From assembly GCA_963719515.1 (NCBI GenBank), contig CAVRCJ010000003.1, positions 576,001 to 640,000 of the forward strand: DNA of 64,000 bases, given 5' to 3'. The DNA comes from an uncultured cyanobacterium. Its GTDB lineage: Bacteria > Cyanobacteriota > Cyanobacteriia > CAKZMO01. The translations under genes were made by a program, and so were the position numbers. Of this stretch, positions 62,278 to 64,000 are shown piece by piece (position 1 is the first letter of the stretch; the number at the start of each line of letters is the position of its first letter). A model generated the notes under the pieces. It was given only the letters and a program-made list of their open reading frames with translations, did no database searches and had not been told where the DNA came from.

Positions 62278-63948
62278 ATGCATTCCTCTCAGCGAGCTCG
62301 AGTGAGTTTGTGGCTTGCCGTTCTACTGACTATCGCTGTCGGCGTAGTTAACGTACTCTCCGCTGTGACGCCAAGCCTGCCCGAGCGAGTGGAGTGGCTA
62401 CAACAGATTTTTCCCTTCGAGGTGCGAGCCAGTGCCCATATTTCTGCGGCGATCGCGGGATTTTTGCTGCTGGCCCTTACCGGTAATCTCCTGCGGCGCA
62501 AGCGAATAGCTTGGCTATTGACCATCGCGCTGCTAGGGGTTTCCATCGGCAGCCACCTCATCAAGGGTCTGGACTGGGAAGAGATCGTTTTACCACTGCT
62601 GCTGCTGGTGCAGCTCCTCCTGATGCGGCGGGTGTTCACCGCTGCATCAGATCTGCCGTCAATTGCGCAAGGAGTACGGCTACTCATCGGAGCAGTGCTG
62701 TTTACCTTGGCCTACGGCACTGCGGGTTTCTTCTTGCTAAATCGGCAATATGCTACCCCGTTTAGCCTTCCCGGAGCGATCGCCCAAACCCTGGCAATGT
62801 TATTCACCCTCGATAACGCAGGGCTGGAGCCAATCACCCGCTTTGGCCGCTTCTTTGCGGGTTCTATCTACGTTATTGGTGGGTCCACCTTTATTGCCGC
62901 GCTAGCGATGATGCTGCGGCCCGTGTTGGTACGCAGCGAACCGACAGACCAGCAGCGGGCGCGGGCCGAAGAAATCGTTCAGTACTACGGTCAATCGTCC
63001 CTGGCCCACTTCACGCTCCTCAGCGACAAGCAGTATTACTTTAGCCCTTCAGGGAAGAGCGTCATTGCCTATGTGCCCAAGGGGCGGGGGGCAATTGCCC
63101 TGGGCGATCCTATTGGACCGAAGAGCGATCGCAAGGAAACGATTTTGGGCTTTCGAGCCTTCTGCGATCGCAATGACTGGCTACCCAGCTTTTACCAAAC
63201 CCTGCCCGATGACCTTGAGCTGTACCGAGAGCTGGGTTTTAAGACAGTTCCCATTGGACAGGAGGGAATTGTTGACCTCAAGACCTTTACCTTAGAGGGG
63301 AAAGCGGGGAAGAACCTACGCTCAGCGACGAACAAGCTGACCAAAGCAGGCTACAAGGTGGTTTTCCACAAACCGTCCATTTCTGATGATCTGCTGGCAA
63401 AGCTTCGGGTGATCAGTGATGAGTGGCTAGGGTCGAGAGAGGGGGCAGAAAAGCAGTTTTCCTTGGGCTGGTTCCACGATGAATATCTGCGGGAGTGTGA
63501 AATTGCCACGGTCGAATCGAGCAGCGGCGAGATTGTTGCTTTCGCTAATATCGTGTCGGAGTATCAAAAAAACGACGCCACCGTAGACCTAATGCGGCGG
63601 CGAAACGAAGTGGAACATGGCACCATGGATTTCTTGTTCATTTCCCTATTTCAGCATTTCAAGACTCAGGGCTACGAGGGCTTTAATATAGGCTTATCAG
63701 CTCTCTCTGGCGTGGGGGAAGGGCCGAAATCACTCCGGCTTGAAAAGATTCTGCACTATCTATACGAACATCTCAACAAGTTCTATAACTTCCAGGGACT
63801 GCATACCTACAAAGACAAATTCCATCCTCGCTGGGAGCCGCGCTATCTGGTGTACCCTAACCTAGCGGCGCTCCCCGATGTGGTAGTAGCCTTAGTGCGG
63901 GCCGACTCAGGCGATCGCCTGCTGGACTACTTCAAGCCCGGCGCATGA
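62278..63948 (+). CDS. Aminoacyl-phosphatidylglycerol synthase domain protein (MprF/LpiA-like, DUF2156)
   Basis: N-terminal TM helices, DK.YYF, LGDP, VDLMR, G.MDFLF and YNFQGL..YK.KF.P.WEPRY. Confidence 0.9.
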   Translation: MHSSQRARVSLWLAVLLTIAVGVVNVLSAVTPSLPERVEWLQQIFPFEVRASAHISAAIAGFLLLALTGNLLRRKRIAWLLTIALLGVSIGSHLIKGLDWEEIVLPLLLLVQLLLMRRVFTAASDLPSIAQGVRLLIGAVLFTLAYGTAGFFLLNRQYATPFSLPGAIAQTLAMLFTLDNAGLEPITRFGRFFAGSIYVIGGSTFIAALAMMLRPVLVRSEPTDQQRARAEEIVQYYGQSSLAHFTLLSDKQYYFSPSGKSVIAYVPKGRGAIALGDPIGPKSDRKETILGFRAFCDRNDWLPSFYQTLPDDLELYRELGFKTVPIGQEGIVDLKTFTLEGKAGKNLRSATNKLTKAGYKVVFHKPSISDDLLAKLRVISDEWLGSREGAEKQFSLGWFHDEYLRECEIATVESSSGEIVAFANIVSEYQKNDATVDLMRRRNEVEHGTMDFLFISLFQHFKTQGYEGFNIGLSALSGVGEGPKSLRLEKILHYLYEHLNKFYNFQGLHTYKDKFHPRWEPRYLVYPNLAALPDVVVALVRADSGDRLLDYFKPGA

Positions 63949-64000
63949 GGCCTGATTTTCCCGCGCGCCCCCGCTGTTAAGCGCTATCGGTGCGGGCGAG

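Noticed and set aside
1..64000. CRISPR arrays, tRNA and rRNA genes
   Set aside because: No regularly spaced repeats, cloverleaf motifs or rRNA signatures were recognised by eye; tRNAscan-SE and Infernal would be needed to exclude them.

Overview
Cyanobacterial chromosomal segment, identified by abundant HIP1 GCGATCGC octamers and photosynthesis genes (psaE, psbU, petP, chlG, acsF). Most of it is housekeeping: nadE, glsF, the rpsL-rpsG-fusA-tuf-rpsJ operon, sigC, cobW, gmk, hisF, metG and nadB. The most notable content is four IS200/IS605-family elements of two end types, with no tnpA in the window. Two carry intact tnpB (target motif TGAA, right end TTCAT). One of these splits dtd exactly at its SQ|FT motif, and the other carries an unannotated divergent 46-aa ribbon-helix-helix gene with a direct-repeat operator candidate. 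The other two are 391-bp and 449-bp mini-elements (target TTTAG, right end GTCAC) with no intact protein gene but a -10 box upstream of the right end; the 391-bp copy is densely structured and is a candidate stand-alone omegaRNA cassette. Also present: a cobalamin riboswitch with two large insertions upstream of cobW, a HIP1-junction fusion of two gene fragments, a frameshifted tldD, a C-terminally extended PsaE, an orphan SbtB-like PII gene and several long leader hairpins. All product calls come from motif recognition by eye; no database searches were run.
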